From NCBI GenBank assembly GCA_037127585.1, contig JBAXYB010000004.1:4022-68021 (forward strand): DNA of 64,000 nucleotides, written 5' to 3'. Position 1 is the stretch's first letter, and every line of letters begins with the position of its first letter. Shown one piece after another: positions 8,968 through 20,100 of the stretch. Below the pieces are notes generated by a model. The model was not told where the DNA came from. It saw only the letters and a list, made by a program, of their open reading frames with translations, and ran no database searches. A program made the translations under genes and the position numbers. Source of the stretch: Verrucomicrobiota bacterium. Lineage in GTDB: Bacteria > Verrucomicrobiota > Verrucomicrobiia > Palsa-1439.

Positions 8968-9261
8968 TTGATGAAACCCAGTAAGAAAACCGCCAACCCC
9001 AACGAGCCGAGCTTCGAGCAAGCTGTCGAACGACTCGAAAAGATCGTCGCCGATATGGAGAGCGCGGAATTACCGTTGGAAGATGTTCTGAAACGCTACG
9101 AAGACGGCACGAGCCTCGTGCGGTTCTGTGCGCAGAAACTCGACGAGGCGGAGAAAAAGATCGAACTGTTGCAGAAGAAGGCCGACGGCTCGGTCACGCT
9201 GAAACCATTTGAACCGGAATCCCCGGCCGAAGACGACGACAAAGAAGCCAAGCTGTTTTAA
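8968..9261 (+). CDS. xseB: exodeoxyribonuclease VII small subunit
   Basis: SFEQAVERLEKIVADMESAELPLEDVLKRYEDGTSLVRFCAQKLDEAEKKIELL is the characteristic XseB helix pair. Confidence 0.8.
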   Translation: MMKPSKKTANPNEPSFEQAVERLEKIVADMESAELPLEDVLKRYEDGTSLVRFCAQKLDEAEKKIELLQKKADGSVTLKPFEPESPAEDDDKEAKLF

Positions 9262-9273
9262 GGAGAATGAACG

Positions 9274-11211
9274 ATGGGACGCTATCTCGAAATGATCAAT
9301 TCGCCTTCCGATGTGAAACTGCTGACGCAGGATCAACTCGGCACCCTCGCGCAGGAGATCCGCGATGAATTGGTTAATGTTCTCGCCAAGTCCGGCGGTC
9401 ACCTCGGCCCGAACCTCGGCGTCGTGGAACTCACCATCGCGATGCACAAGGTTTTTAGTTCCCCAAAAGATAAATTCGTCTGGGACGTGAGCCACCAAGT
9501 CTACGTCCACAAACTGCTGACCGGCCGCCGCAAAGATTTCTCCAAGATTCGTCAGACCGGCGGGCCGATGGGTTTCGCACTCCGGGAAGAAAGCCCCCAC
9601 GATTGTTTCGGCGCGGGTCATGCCGGCACGGCGTTGTCCGCGGCGCTCGGCATGGCGACCGCCCGCGACCACAGCGGCACCGACGAACAAGTCGTCGCGG
9701 TGATTGGTGACGCAGCCCTGACCTGCGGCGTCACGTTCGAAGCGCTCAACAACATCAAGCACTCCACGAAGCGTCTCATCGTCGTCCTCAACGACAACGA
9801 ATGGAGCATCGCCAAAAACGTCGGCGCGATCTCCGATTACCTCAACAAAATCGTCACCAACCCCCGGTATGCGGCCGCACACAAGAAATGGGAGTCGTTC
9901 CTGAACCGGCTCGGACCGGACATCGTGAAGATCGAGCACAAGGTCGAGGAAGCCTTCAAGAGTTTGCTCGTGCCCAGCGTGCTCTTCGAAGAATTCGGCC
10001 TCCGTTACATCGGCCCGATGGATGGCCACAATTTACCGAAGCTCATCGAGACGCTCGAATGGGCCAAGAAGCAGACCACGCCCATACTCCTCCATATTCA
10101 GACCGTCAAAGGCAAAGGCTACGAGAAAGCGCTCGAAGACCCGCAGACGTTTCACGGCACCGGCCCGTTCGATGTCAACACCGGCAAAGGCCCGGCCAAG
10201 AAGGACGGCACCCCGCCGAATTACCAGGATGTTTTCGGCGAAGCGATGGTGCGCTTCTGCGAAGTGAATAGCAAACTTGTCGGTATTACCGGCGCCATGC
10301 CCACCGGCACGGGCTTGATCAAATTGCAGAAAGCCAAACCCGACCGATATTTCGATGTCGGCATCGCCGAAGAACACGCCGTGATCTTCGCCGCCGGCAT
10401 GGCCACCATGGGCTACAAGCCGGTCTGCGCCATTTACTCGACGTTCCTCCAACGCGCCTACGATTGCATCATCCACGATGTCGCCCTGCAAAATCTCGAC
10501 GTCATCTTCTGCATGGATCGCGCGAGCCTTTCCGCTAACGATGGCCCGACCCATCACGGTTTGTTCGACATCGCCTATGGTCGTTGCATTCCCGGCGCGA
10601 CACTGATGTCGCCGAAGGATGAAGACGAACTCTGCGACATGATGTGGACGGCGCTCCAGCATCACGGCCCAATCATGATCCGGTATCCCCGCGGTACCGG
10701 CGAAGGCGTTCCGATCAAAGCCAAGCCGGGCATCCTCCCCATCGGCAAGGCCGAAGTCCTGCAACACGGCACCGATGTCGCCATCATTTTCTACGGCGCC
10801 ATGCAAAAGATGGCGAAAGAAACCGCCGCCGCGTTACAAGCCGAAGGCAAATCCGTTGCGATCATCAACGCCCGTTTCGCCAAACCGATCGACCGCGACA
10901 TGCTCGAAAAATATGGCCACATCGCCAAAGTCGTCTGCACGCTCGAAGACCACGTGCTGATGGGCGGGTTCGGCAGCGCCGTCATGGAAACCCTCGGCGA
11001 CATGCACATCACCACCCCGGTCGTCCGCGTCGCCTGGCCGGACAAATTCATCGAACACGCCTCCACGCCAAAGGATTTGCAGGACAAATATAACGTCAAC
11101 TCCGCGACCGCCATCACCAAGATCAAAGACGCGCTCGCGCATGTGGCCCAGCTGACCGATCAACCCCAAAAGTTCCGCGTCCTCGGCGCAGTCGATGCGC
11201 GCACGGCTTGA
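9274..11211 (+). CDS. dxs: 1-deoxy-D-xylulose-5-phosphate synthase
   Basis: The TPP-binding GHxG...GDG...NDN motifs are present, the protein is 645 aa, and the N-terminus (INSPSDVKLLT..L..LA.EIR) is typical of Dxs. Confidence 0.9.
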   Translation: MGRYLEMINSPSDVKLLTQDQLGTLAQEIRDELVNVLAKSGGHLGPNLGVVELTIAMHKVFSSPKDKFVWDVSHQVYVHKLLTGRRKDFSKIRQTGGPMGFALREESPHDCFGAGHAGTALSAALGMATARDHSGTDEQVVAVIGDAALTCGVTFEALNNIKHSTKRLIVVLNDNEWSIAKNVGAISDYLNKIVTNPRYAAAHKKWESFLNRLGPDIVKIEHKVEEAFKSLLVPSVLFEEFGLRYIGPMDGHNLPKLIETLEWAKKQTTPILLHIQTVKGKGYEKALEDPQTFHGTGPFDVNTGKGPAKKDGTPPNYQDVFGEAMVRFCEVNSKLVGITGAMPTGTGLIKLQKAKPDRYFDVGIAEEHAVIFAAGMATMGYKPVCAIYSTFLQRAYDCIIHDVALQNLDVIFCMDRASLSANDGPTHHGLFDIAYGRCIPGATLMSPKDEDELCDMMWTALQHHGPIMIRYPRGTGEGVPIKAKPGILPIGKAEVLQHGTDVAIIFYGAMQKMAKETAAALQAEGKSVAIINARFAKPIDRDMLEKYGHIAKVVCTLEDHVLMGGFGSAVMETLGDMHITTPVVRVAWPDKFIEHASTPKDLQDKYNVNSATAITKIKDALAHVAQLTDQPQKFRVLGAVDARTA

Positions 11212-11911
11212 TATCGCCCTCTTCGACCGCGGCCTAACCGACAGCCGCGAGAAGGCCAAACGCCTGATCCTGGCCGGGGCCGTTCGCATCAACGGCCAGG
11301 TTGCCGGCAAACCCAGCGACATGGTTGCCGACGACGCCGTTCTCACCGTCGCCGCCGCCGAGAAATACGTCAGCCGTGGCGGCCACAAACTCGAAGCCGC
11401 ACTCGACGCATTCCATATCGATTGCGACGGCAAGACCTGCGCGGATCTGGGCGCCTCGACCGGCGGTTTTACCGACTGCCTCCTCCAACGCGGGGCCGCC
11501 GTCATCCATGCCGTGGACGTTGGCAAAGGCCAACTCGCCTGGAAACTCCGGCAAGACAAACGTGTCCTGATCCACGACGAAGTGAACGCGCGAAGTTATA
11601 CCGGCGAACTAGTCGATATCGTCACCATCGACGTCTCGTTCATCTCCCTCACCAAAGTCCTACCGGCGGCGGCGCAACTGCTCCGACCGGGCGGTCACCT
11701 CGTCGCGCTCATCAAACCACAATTCGAAGCCGGCCGCCGTGATGTCGGCAAAGGCGGCGTCGTGCGCGACCCGGTCGTTCACGAACGCGTGCAATCCGAG
11801 GTGAAAGAATTCGGCCTCGGCCTCGGTCTGCGGTTGCTTGGCATCGTCGAATCGCCTATTCTTGGGCCGGCAGGAAACAAAGAATTCCTCATCGGCTTTC
11901 AGAAACCGTGA
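11195..11911 (+). CDS. tlyA: TlyA-family rRNA 2'-O-methyltransferase (hemolysin A)
   Basis: An S4-like N-terminus (RLDIALFDRGLTDSREKAKRLILAGAVRING) is followed by an FtsJ-type methyltransferase motif (DLGASTGGFTD). Confidence 0.8.
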   Translation: MRARLDIALFDRGLTDSREKAKRLILAGAVRINGQVAGKPSDMVADDAVLTVAAAEKYVSRGGHKLEAALDAFHIDCDGKTCADLGASTGGFTDCLLQRGAAVIHAVDVGKGQLAWKLRQDKRVLIHDEVNARSYTGELVDIVTIDVSFISLTKVLPAAAQLLRPGGHLVALIKPQFEAGRRDVGKGGVVRDPVVHERVQSEVKEFGLGLGLRLLGIVESPILGPAGNKEFLIGFQKP

Positions 11912-12777
11912 AACCAAAAGTCATCGGCATCGCCGCCAATATCGGCAAGCCCGAGTCGCGCGACCGGCTCGTCGAGTTGCTCGCCCTCCTCGGCGCCGCC
12001 AAAATCACTACCTTGCTGGAACAGGAAGCCGCCGCGCTCGCCGGTCACCCGAATGACGCACACCCGCTGCGCGAGATTGGCCAGAAGGCTGACTTGGTGA
12101 TTGTGCTCGGTGGCGATGGGACAATTTTGCGCGTGGCCCGCGAACTCGACGGTGCCGACATCCCCATACTCGGCATCAACCTCGGCAATCTCGGCTTCCT
12201 CACCAGTGGCCGGTGCGATGACTTGCCGGCAGCGACGCAACAACTGCTGGCCGGGGATTTTGAAATCAGCGAACGGTTCGCGCTCGAAACCACCCTCCTC
12301 CGACAAGGCCAACACGTCGAAACCCACCGGGCGCTTAATGATGCCGTGGTTTCGCGTGGCGCATCTTCGCGAATAGTTCGGTTGCGTGTGTCGATTGATG
12401 GCGCGCTGTTGACAGAGTACGTGTGTGACGGCATGATTTTCGCCACGCCCACCGGTTCGACCGCGTATTCGTTAAGTGCCGGTGGGCCAATTTTGTTACC
12501 GCAAGCGCGGGCGTGCATCATCACCCCGATTTGCGCGCATGCACTGAGCAACCGGCCCATCGTGGCGGGGGAAGACTCCGTGGTGCGCTGCCTGGTCGCG
12601 AGCGCGGCAGGCGAATTGCTATTAACGATTGACGGCCAAGTGCAGATGCGGATGCAAGTCGGCGATGAAGTCGAAGTGCGCCGGTCGGCGCGCGCGGTGC
12701 GGTTGGCCACGTTCCAAGGCCAAACCTATTTCGAAGTATTGCGACAAAAACTTAAGTGGAGCGGTGCGAATGTCTAA
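11908..12777 (+). CDS. nadK: NAD+ kinase
   Basis: The GGDGT motif (LVIVLGGDGTILRVAREL) and the NE/D short motif are present, in a protein of about 290 aa. Confidence 0.85.
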   Translation: MKPKVIGIAANIGKPESRDRLVELLALLGAAKITTLLEQEAAALAGHPNDAHPLREIGQKADLVIVLGGDGTILRVARELDGADIPILGINLGNLGFLTSGRCDDLPAATQQLLAGDFEISERFALETTLLRQGQHVETHRALNDAVVSRGASSRIVRLRVSIDGALLTEYVCDGMIFATPTGSTAYSLSAGGPILLPQARACIITPICAHALSNRPIVAGEDSVVRCLVASAAGELLLTIDGQVQMRMQVGDEVEVRRSARAVRLATFQGQTYFEVLRQKLKWSGANV

Positions 12778-13237
12778 AATCAACAAAGTGGCCGGCCTCT
12801 TGCGCGCCGACCGAATCAACCTCAACATCCAAAGCCGGCAAAAGACCGCGGCCTTGCGCGAAGTCGCCGAACAACTGGGCCGAACCGGCTGCGTCGTCAA
12901 CTTCGACTCATTTTTTCAAGAGATTCTCGAACGCGAACGCGTCAGCAACACCGCGCTCGGGCATGATGTGGCGATTCCGCACGCCCGCACCGAGCAATGC
13001 CGGGAGATCCTCATCGCTGTTGGCCGCAATACGAACGGCATCGACTTCGAGGCCACCGACGGCCAGCCGGTCCGCCTGATTTTCATGATCGGCACCCCCA
13101 AACAGATGGTGACCGACTACCTCCGCGTCGTCGGCAACCTCGCCCGTCTACTCCGGCAAGACGCGCTCCGGCAAAGTCTCCTCGACGCCCCCGACGCCAC
13201 GACCTTCATCAAGCTCATCGACCAAGCCGAAGGCTGA
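12770..13237 (+). CDS. ptsN: PTS EIIA(Ntr)-type regulatory protein (PtsN-like)
   Basis: The ATG at 12770 overlaps the nadK stop. The active-site His context ALGHDVAIPHAR matches a PTS_EIIA_2 fold. Confidence 0.7.
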   Translation: MSKINKVAGLLRADRINLNIQSRQKTAALREVAEQLGRTGCVVNFDSFFQEILERERVSNTALGHDVAIPHARTEQCREILIAVGRNTNGIDFEATDGQPVRLIFMIGTPKQMVTDYLRVVGNLARLLRQDALRQSLLDAPDATTFIKLIDQAEG

Positions 13238-13337
13238 TGCCGGCGGCGCGCATCTGTGAATGTGGGAGCGGCCTCAGCGCCGCGGGTCGGGCCGAACACG
13301 GCGCTGAGCGCCGTGGCTACATCGGAATCCGCGATTG

Positions 13338-13404
13338 GTAGGGACGCCGCGCCGCGGCGTCCGCGATCATCAATATCTCGGCGCTCGTGGCGCGAGCGCC
13401 CTAC
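13338..13404. repeat. REPIN-like inverted doublet (GTAG + GC-rich hairpin) in the ptsN-cimA spacer
   Basis: The left arm GTAGGGACGCCGCGCCGCGGCGTCC pairs with a right arm that ends ...GCGCCCTAC. Confidence 0.45.
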
Positions 13405-13459
13405 CATTCGCAACCGCAGCATTGACGCTGGCGCGGCTTGTCTTTAGTCTCTGCCCCCG

Positions 13460-15037
13460 ATGAATAAGACGGTTGCCATCTACGACACGACGCTGCGGGA
13501 CGGGACGCAGGCGGAAGGGATCTCGTTTTCAAGCGCGGATAAGATCCGCATTGCGGAACGCCTCGATGCGTTTGGCGTGAATTACATCGAAGGCGGCTGG
13601 CCGGGGTCGAATCCGAAGGACATGGAGTTTTTTGTCGAGGCGGCGAAACGCAAATTTAAGACGGCCCGGATCGCGGCGTTCGGCAGCACCCGCCGGGCAA
13701 ATACGAAATGCGCGGACGATAAACAGATCGCGACGTTGCTCGCAGCCAATACTCCGGTGGTGACGATGGTCGGGAAGACGTGGTCGTTGCATGTTCGCGA
13801 GGTGATCCGTACGACGCCCGAGGAAAACGTGGCGATGGTCAGCGATTCGATCCGGTATTTCAAGGGACTCGGCAAGGAAGTCATCTATGACGCCGAACAT
13901 TTCTTTGACGGCTATAAAGACGATCCCCGGTATTCGTTGGCAACGTTGACGGCGGCGCAGGCGGCTGGCGTGGACATGGTGGTGCTCTGCGATACGAACG
14001 GCGGGACGATGCCGGGCGAGATCGCGCGGGTGACCAGCGAGGTGCGGAAGGCGTTGAACTGCGCGGTCGGGATTCATACGCATAACGACAGCGGTTGCGG
14101 CGTGGCCAACGCATTGGCGGCGGTGGAAGCCGGCGCGACCCAGGTCCAAGGCACGATGAACGGCTACGGCGAACGCACCGGTAACTGCAACTTGATTACC
14201 GTCATGCCGTGTCTCGTTTACAAGATGGGCTATACCTGCATCGCGCCGGAGCAGCTCCGGCATTTGCGGGAGCTGGCCAATTTCATCGACGATCTCGCGA
14301 ATGTGCGGCCGGACATCCGGCAACCGTTCGTCGGCTCGACGGCGTTCGCGCACAAAGGCGGCATCCACGTGAACGCCATCGAGAAAGTCGCGCGCAGTTA
14401 CGAACACATCGAGCCGGAGCTTGTCGGCAATCAACGCCGCGTTTTGGTCAGCGATCTCAGCGGGCGCAGTAACATCATGCTGAAGGCGCACGAGATGGGC
14501 ATCGACCTCAGCAAGGATACCGCCGAGGTGCGGGAGATTCTCGCCCAGCTCAAGCAATTGGAACACGGCGGCTACGAATTCGAAGCGGCGGACGCGAGCT
14601 TTCATATTCTGATCCAGAAATTACTCAAGAAGCACAAGCCGTTCTTCAAGCTGCTCGGCTACCGGGTCATCATGGATCGGCCGGCCGGTGACGGGAAATA
14701 TAGCGTCGAAGCGAGCGTGAAACTCGATGTGAACGGCGAGTCGATCCACACGGTGGCGGAAGGTGACGGCCCGGTCAACGCGCTCGATAACGCATTGCGC
14801 AGCGCGCTCACGAACTTTTATCCATCCATCCAGTCGGTGCGTCTCATCGACTACAAAGTGCGCATCCTCGAAAGCGGGACCGGCACGGCCGCCAAGACGC
14901 GGGTGATGATCGAATCCACCGACGGCACCAGTATCTGGGGCACGGTCGGCGTTGACGACAACATCATCGAAGCAAGTTGGGAAGCCCTTGTCGACTCCGT
15001 CGAATACAAGCTGTTCAAGGACGAGCAGCGCAAGTAA
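13460..15037 (+). CDS. cimA: (R)-citramalate synthase / 2-isopropylmalate-synthase-family enzyme
   Basis: MNKTVAIYDTTLRDGTQAEGISFS is a DRE-TIM barrel N-terminus. At 525 aa with the HxH metal site and a C-terminal LeuA-type regulatory domain, the protein matches the CimA subgroup. Confidence 0.8.
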   Translation: MNKTVAIYDTTLRDGTQAEGISFSSADKIRIAERLDAFGVNYIEGGWPGSNPKDMEFFVEAAKRKFKTARIAAFGSTRRANTKCADDKQIATLLAANTPVVTMVGKTWSLHVREVIRTTPEENVAMVSDSIRYFKGLGKEVIYDAEHFFDGYKDDPRYSLATLTAAQAAGVDMVVLCDTNGGTMPGEIARVTSEVRKALNCAVGIHTHNDSGCGVANALAAVEAGATQVQGTMNGYGERTGNCNLITVMPCLVYKMGYTCIAPEQLRHLRELANFIDDLANVRPDIRQPFVGSTAFAHKGGIHVNAIEKVARSYEHIEPELVGNQRRVLVSDLSGRSNIMLKAHEMGIDLSKDTAEVREILAQLKQLEHGGYEFEAADASFHILIQKLLKKHKPFFKLLGYRVIMDRPAGDGKYSVEASVKLDVNGESIHTVAEGDGPVNALDNALRSALTNFYPSIQSVRLIDYKVRILESGTGTAAKTRVMIESTDGTSIWGTVGVDDNIIEASWEALVDSVEYKLFKDEQRK

Positions 15038-15055
15038 CCCGCCCCGAAGCCCAGC

Positions 15056-16030
15056 ATGCGAATACTCATATTGATCCTCAGCGGTATGTTGTGTGCCATG
15101 CCGGTGGCGCTCGGCGAAGTGACCACCGTCGGCTCAGGGACCGTCGTCACCCTTAACGAGGAGAACGACAAGTACGTCACCCCCTCGACAGACAAGCATT
15201 ACACGCAAGGCTTGCACGTTACGATTCTCTGGCCGGATGAATGCGCGCTATTCTGGATGCGCCCGATGACGTGGTTGCCGGATTTTGACGTGGCCAACCC
15301 GATCCACAAATACGGCTTCACCTTCGGCCAAAACATCTATACGCCGATCGACATTCAAACGAACGCTCTGGTTACCGACGACCGGCCCTATGCCGGCTGG
15401 TTATATGCCGGCCTCATCCGCGAAAACCGTGGCACATTTGCCGGCGGCATCCCGGTGCTTGACCATCTTGAAGTTGACGCCGGAATCATTGGCTCGTGGT
15501 CGGAGGCGGACAACATCCAAATCTGGTTTCATGGCCTCATCCACGTCGAACGCCCCAAAGGCTGGCACCATCAGCTCAACAACGAACCGGGCTTGCTGCT
15601 GAACTTCGACCGGAAGTTTCTCCTCTGGGATTCCGCCGCTCCCGGCGACGACTTTCACGCCCAGATGCTCCCGCACGTCGGCATCAATCTCGGCAACGTC
15701 GACACCTCGGCGACCATCGGCACGATGTTCCGTCTCGGGTACAATTTCCCGAACGAATTCGCAACAAACTCGCCCGCCGGTTGGGGCTGGTACCTTTTCA
15801 GCAGTATCGATTGCCACGCGGTTGCCTACACCGAATTTCTCGATGGCAACATGTACCACGCGAGTCACAGCGTCGACAAAGAACCCGTCTACGCGCAATT
15901 CCGCGCCGGCCTCGCACTCATCTTGCGCCGTGTCGAAATCAGCTACACCTACAACTACCTGTCGAAACAGTTTGATCAACAGGACAAATACGACGCGTAC
16001 GCCTCACTCAATCTCATTTACCGTTTCTGA
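15056..16030 (+). CDS. outer-membrane LpxR-family (DUF2219) protein, a putative lipid A 3'-O-deacylase
   Basis: A signal peptide is followed by the DDRPYAGWLY, FLDGN...SHSVDK.P and C-terminal ...YRF motifs. From memory these match the LpxR family. Confidence 0.5.
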   Translation: MRILILILSGMLCAMPVALGEVTTVGSGTVVTLNEENDKYVTPSTDKHYTQGLHVTILWPDECALFWMRPMTWLPDFDVANPIHKYGFTFGQNIYTPIDIQTNALVTDDRPYAGWLYAGLIRENRGTFAGGIPVLDHLEVDAGIIGSWSEADNIQIWFHGLIHVERPKGWHHQLNNEPGLLLNFDRKFLLWDSAAPGDDFHAQMLPHVGINLGNVDTSATIGTMFRLGYNFPNEFATNSPAGWGWYLFSSIDCHAVAYTEFLDGNMYHASHSVDKEPVYAQFRAGLALILRRVEISYTYNYLSKQFDQQDKYDAYASLNLIYRF

Positions 16031-16898
16031 GCCGCTGATAAACTTCGTCCAGCGCCGCCGCGTTACCGGCCAGTAACGCCGACTCCAGCATCACCCAATA
16101 GACTTCCCCGCGCGACACCTTAACCCGCCCAGCCGGGTTCACGCGCAACCGGGCCAGCGTCTTCAACCCAATCCAAATTGGCCACACACACGCCAACCGC
16201 AACCGCTTCTGATCCGCCGGTATCGCCAACGTGTACCGCCACCCGGCATCGAGATGCTCCGCCGCCTGGTCGAGACCGGCCGCGACATCGGTCACATATT
16301 GCCGCCCGCGCCGCTGATCCTCGGCGACGTCGCGCAGAATATTGACGAGCTGCAATCCCTTGCCGAACCGAATCCCGTCCACCACGCTCAACGCCGCCAA
16401 GCCCGGCAAGTGTGCCTGACACATCTTCGTCCAAAACTCCCCCACGCACCCGGCCACCATGTACGTGTAGCGATCCAATTCATCGTCGTTTAGCGGCGGA
16501 CCGGGAAAACGTTCGAGATCAAAAATCTGTCCCCCGATGATGGTGTGCAACAGCTCCCGGATCCGGCGTTGGTCTTCGACCGCGAATGTGGCGAGACAAT
16601 CAAACACTGCCGGCAGGCGTTTCAGCAATTCCGCTTCGGCGGGCGTCGCTTCCGCGACGCCAATTTGTTCCACCACCGGTCGCGCGGAAATGCGACCCGC
16701 CGACAACTCGCGCAAAACCGCAATGCGCTCCGGCTGCGCCGTCTGCTCGGCATCCGCAATTGTGTCCGTCGCCCGTGCGAGCAAGTACGCCACCGAAATC
16801 TGCGGCCGAATCGCCGCCGGCAAGACGCGCAGCGTGAGATAAAACGACCGGGATACCTGCTTGAGCAGGGGGCCGAGGAGTTGGGCGTCCGAGGTCAC
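16014..16898 (-). CDS. squalene/phytoene-synthase-family enzyme (HpnC/HpnD-like, hopanoid pathway)
   Basis: SRSFYLTLRVLP and YCYMVAG-like (YTYMVAGCVGE) motifs, plus a DxxxD-type region, are characteristic of trans-isoprenyl diphosphate synthases of the SQS/PSY class. Confidence 0.7.
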   Translation of the reverse strand: MTSDAQLLGPLLKQVSRSFYLTLRVLPAAIRPQISVAYLLARATDTIADAEQTAQPERIAVLRELSAGRISARPVVEQIGVAEATPAEAELLKRLPAVFDCLATFAVEDQRRIRELLHTIIGGQIFDLERFPGPPLNDDELDRYTYMVAGCVGEFWTKMCQAHLPGLAALSVVDGIRFGKGLQLVNILRDVAEDQRRGRQYVTDVAAGLDQAAEHLDAGWRYTLAIPADQKRLRLACVWPIWIGLKTLARLRVNPAGRVKVSRGEVYWVMLESALLAGNAAALDEVYQRLRNGK

Positions 16899-16976
16899 GC
16901 GCGCAGTGTAGAAGAACCATTCCCGTTAGCAAAGCGCGTTTGTAGTGAGCCTGCAAAGCGGCACGGGTTTGGTGGT

Positions 16977-17039
16977 GTGGGAGCGGCGTCCCCGCCGCGA
17001 CCGGGTCGGCAAAAATCGCGGCGGGGACGCCGCTCCCAC
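16977..17039. repeat. REPIN: two identical 24-nt units (GTGGGAGCGGCGTCCCCGCCGCGA) in inverted orientation with a 15-nt spacer
   Basis: The doublet is a perfect inverted repeat at 16977-17000 and 17016-17039, lying in the divergent region between the hpn-like gene and metH. Confidence 0.6.
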
Positions 17040-17109
17040 AACGACTGTTGGTTCGTTACCTCCCTTGCCCAATGTCACCGCCGCTGCTATTGTCACCGCC
17101 GGCAACCCC

Positions 17110-20100
17110 ATGAGCACCGACCGCACTCAATTACTTTTTGACGCCCTAAACCAAAGCATTCTCGTGCTCGACGGCGCGATGGGAACGATGATCCAGAATC
17201 GCGACCTGACCGCCGCCGACTTCGGCGGACCGGCACTCGAAGGTTGCAACGAAAACCTCGTACTCACCCGCCCCGATGTCATTCGCGATATCCACCGGCA
17301 ATACTACGCCGCCGGCGCGCACATCGTCGAAACGAACACCTTCGGCGCGACGCCACTCGTGCTCGCGGAGTACGGTTTGCAGGACAAATGCCGGGAGATC
17401 AATGTCGCCGCCGCCCGGCTGGCTCGGGAAGCAGCCATCGAGTTCAACGGTTTCGTGGCCGGCTCAATCGGGCCAACGACAAAAGCCATCACCGTGACCG
17501 GCGGCGTGACGTTTCAGCAACTGGTTGAGAATTTCCATGCCCAAGCCCTCGGATTGATCGAAGGCGGCGCCGATCTGTTGCTCGTGGAAACTTGTCAGGA
17601 CACGCGCAACATCAAAGCCGCGCTCATTGGCATCGCCCAGACCGGCAGCAAGATTCCCGTGATGGTCTCCGGGACGATTGAGCCGATGGGCACGATGCTG
17701 GCCGGGCAGGCGGCGGAAGCGTTGGTCGCCTCGTTGCAGCATGTGGAACTGTTGGCCATCGGCTTGAACTGCGCGACCGGCCCGGAGTTCATGACCGATC
17801 ACATTCGGACCATTCATCAGATGACGAACGCGCGCGTGTCGTGTTACCCGAACGCCGGTCTGCCCAACGAGGAAGGTTTGTACCTCGAAACGCCAACCTC
17901 GCTCGCGACGGCGCTGGAGCGGTTCGTCAAGAACGGCTGGCTCAATATCATCGGCGGCTGCTGCGGGACGACACCGGCTCACATCAAAGCCATCGCGGAG
18001 ATGGTTGCCGGCAAGGAACCGCGCCGGCATCGCGGAGAACGGAAATCATGGTACAGCGGCATCGAATTGGTCGAAGCCAGCGACGACACCCGGCCGTTGA
18101 TCGTCGGCGAACGGACCAACGAAGTCGGCTCGCGCGCGTTCAAGCGACTCATCACGGAAGAAAAGTTCGAGGAAGCCAGCGAGATTGCTCGGGCGCAGGT
18201 CAAGCACGGCGCGCACATCATCGATATCAACCTCGAAAACACCGACCGGGACGAGTTGCTGGACATCGACCGGTTCTACGAGAAGGTCATTCACAAAGTC
18301 AAAGCGCCGATCATGATCGACTCGACCAACCCAAAGTCTGTCGAGCGCGCCCTCACCTATTGCCAAGGCAAGAGCATCATCAACTCGATCAACTTCGAGG
18401 ATGGCGAGGAGAAGTTTAACCACATCCTCCCCCTCGTACACCGGTACGGCGCCGCGGTGATCATCGGTTCGATCGACGAAGACAAATTGCAGGCGCAAGC
18501 CATCACCCGCGAACGCAAACTCGCCATCGCCCAACGCGCGCACAAGTATTGCATCGAACACGGCATCCCGGAAGAAGACCTCATTTTCGACCCGCTCGTT
18601 TTCCCCTGCGCGACTGGCGACGAGAATTATATTGGCAGCGCCGTCGAGACGATCGAAGGCGTGCGGCTCATCAAAGAAAACTTGCCGCGCTGCAAAACTG
18701 TCCTCGGCGTCAGCAACGTCAGCTTCGGTTTACCGGCAGCCGCCCGCGAAGTCATCAATTCAGTCTTCCTCTATCATTGTTCCCGTGCCGGCCTTGACCT
18801 CGCCATCGTCAACGCCGAGAAACTGGAACGTTACCCGAGCATCCCCGACGTCGAAAAGAAGCTCACGGAAGATTTACTCCACAACTATCCACCCGCCGGC
18901 ATGGACGCGCCAAAGGATTACCGGCAGCAGACCAAGGAACAACGCGCCGCGATCAACCAGCATCACATCGCCGCCATCAGCGAACACTTCCGCGGCGCGG
19001 AGAGTCGCGTAAAGAAGAAGACCTCCGATTTGCCGCTCGATGGCCGGCTCGCCAATTACATTCTCGAAGGCACGAAGGAAGGGCTCATCCCCGACCTTGA
19101 CCTGAAACGCGCAGAAGGCGCGACCCCGCTCGACATCATCAACGGCCCGCTCATGGACGGCATGAAAGAAGTCGGCCGGTTGTTCAACGCCAACGAACTG
19201 ATCGTCGCCGAAGTCCTCCAATCCGCCGAAGCGATGAAGGCCGCCGTCAACCACCTCGAACAGTTCATGGAAAAGAAGTCGGACTCGACCAAGGGCAAAG
19301 TCCTGCTCGCCACCGTCAAAGGCGACGTGCATGACATTGGCAAGAACCTCGTCGAAATCATTCTCTCGAACAACGGCTTCCACGTCATCAATCTCGGCAT
19401 CAAAGTTCCGCCCGAAGATTTGATCAAGGCGTACAAGGAACACCAGCCCGACGCCATCGGCTTGAGTGGCTTGCTCGTCAAGAGCGCCCAGCAAATGGTC
19501 ATCACCGCCGGTGACCTCAAACAAGCCGGCATCACCGTCCCGATGCTCGTCGGCGGCGCAGCGTTGAGCGACAAATTCACCCGCAACCGGATTGCGCCGA
19601 GCTACGAACAAGTCGTCATCTACTGCAAAGACGCCATGACCGGCTTGGCGATGATGAATAACCTGATGGACCCGGCCCAGCGCGAAAAAGTCGTCGAAGC
19701 CCACAAGCCGGTCGCCGTCGCTGTTGTCGAACCCGAAGCGGAGGAATTCCCCGAAACCACGCACCGCAGCATCCGCATCCACGAGGAGCTGCCATTACCC
19801 GTGCCCTACCCCGACCGGAAAGTGCGCGACGTTCCCCAGCTCCGCGAGATTTGGGAATACATCAATCCGCAGATGCTCTACGTCCGGCATCTCGGCTTCA
19901 AAACCAACTACGAGAAAGCCCTCGCCGCTCGTGACCCAAAAGCGCTGGAGCTTTACAACCTCGTCGAAGAAGTCAAAGTCGAAGCCGCGAAGTTCATGAA
20001 AGTGAAAGCCGTCTGGCAATTCTTCGAGGCGGAGGTGGATGGTAACAGCATCAAGCTGTTTTCGCCGCCGCGCCCACTCGCCGCCGCGCCCATTCATGTG

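Noticed and set aside
16899-17109. Possible cobalamin or SAM riboswitch in the 210-nt leader of metH.
   Set aside because: I see no B12-box or SAM-I conserved core. The most structured element there is the REPIN doublet at 16977-17039, which accounts for the secondary-structure potential.
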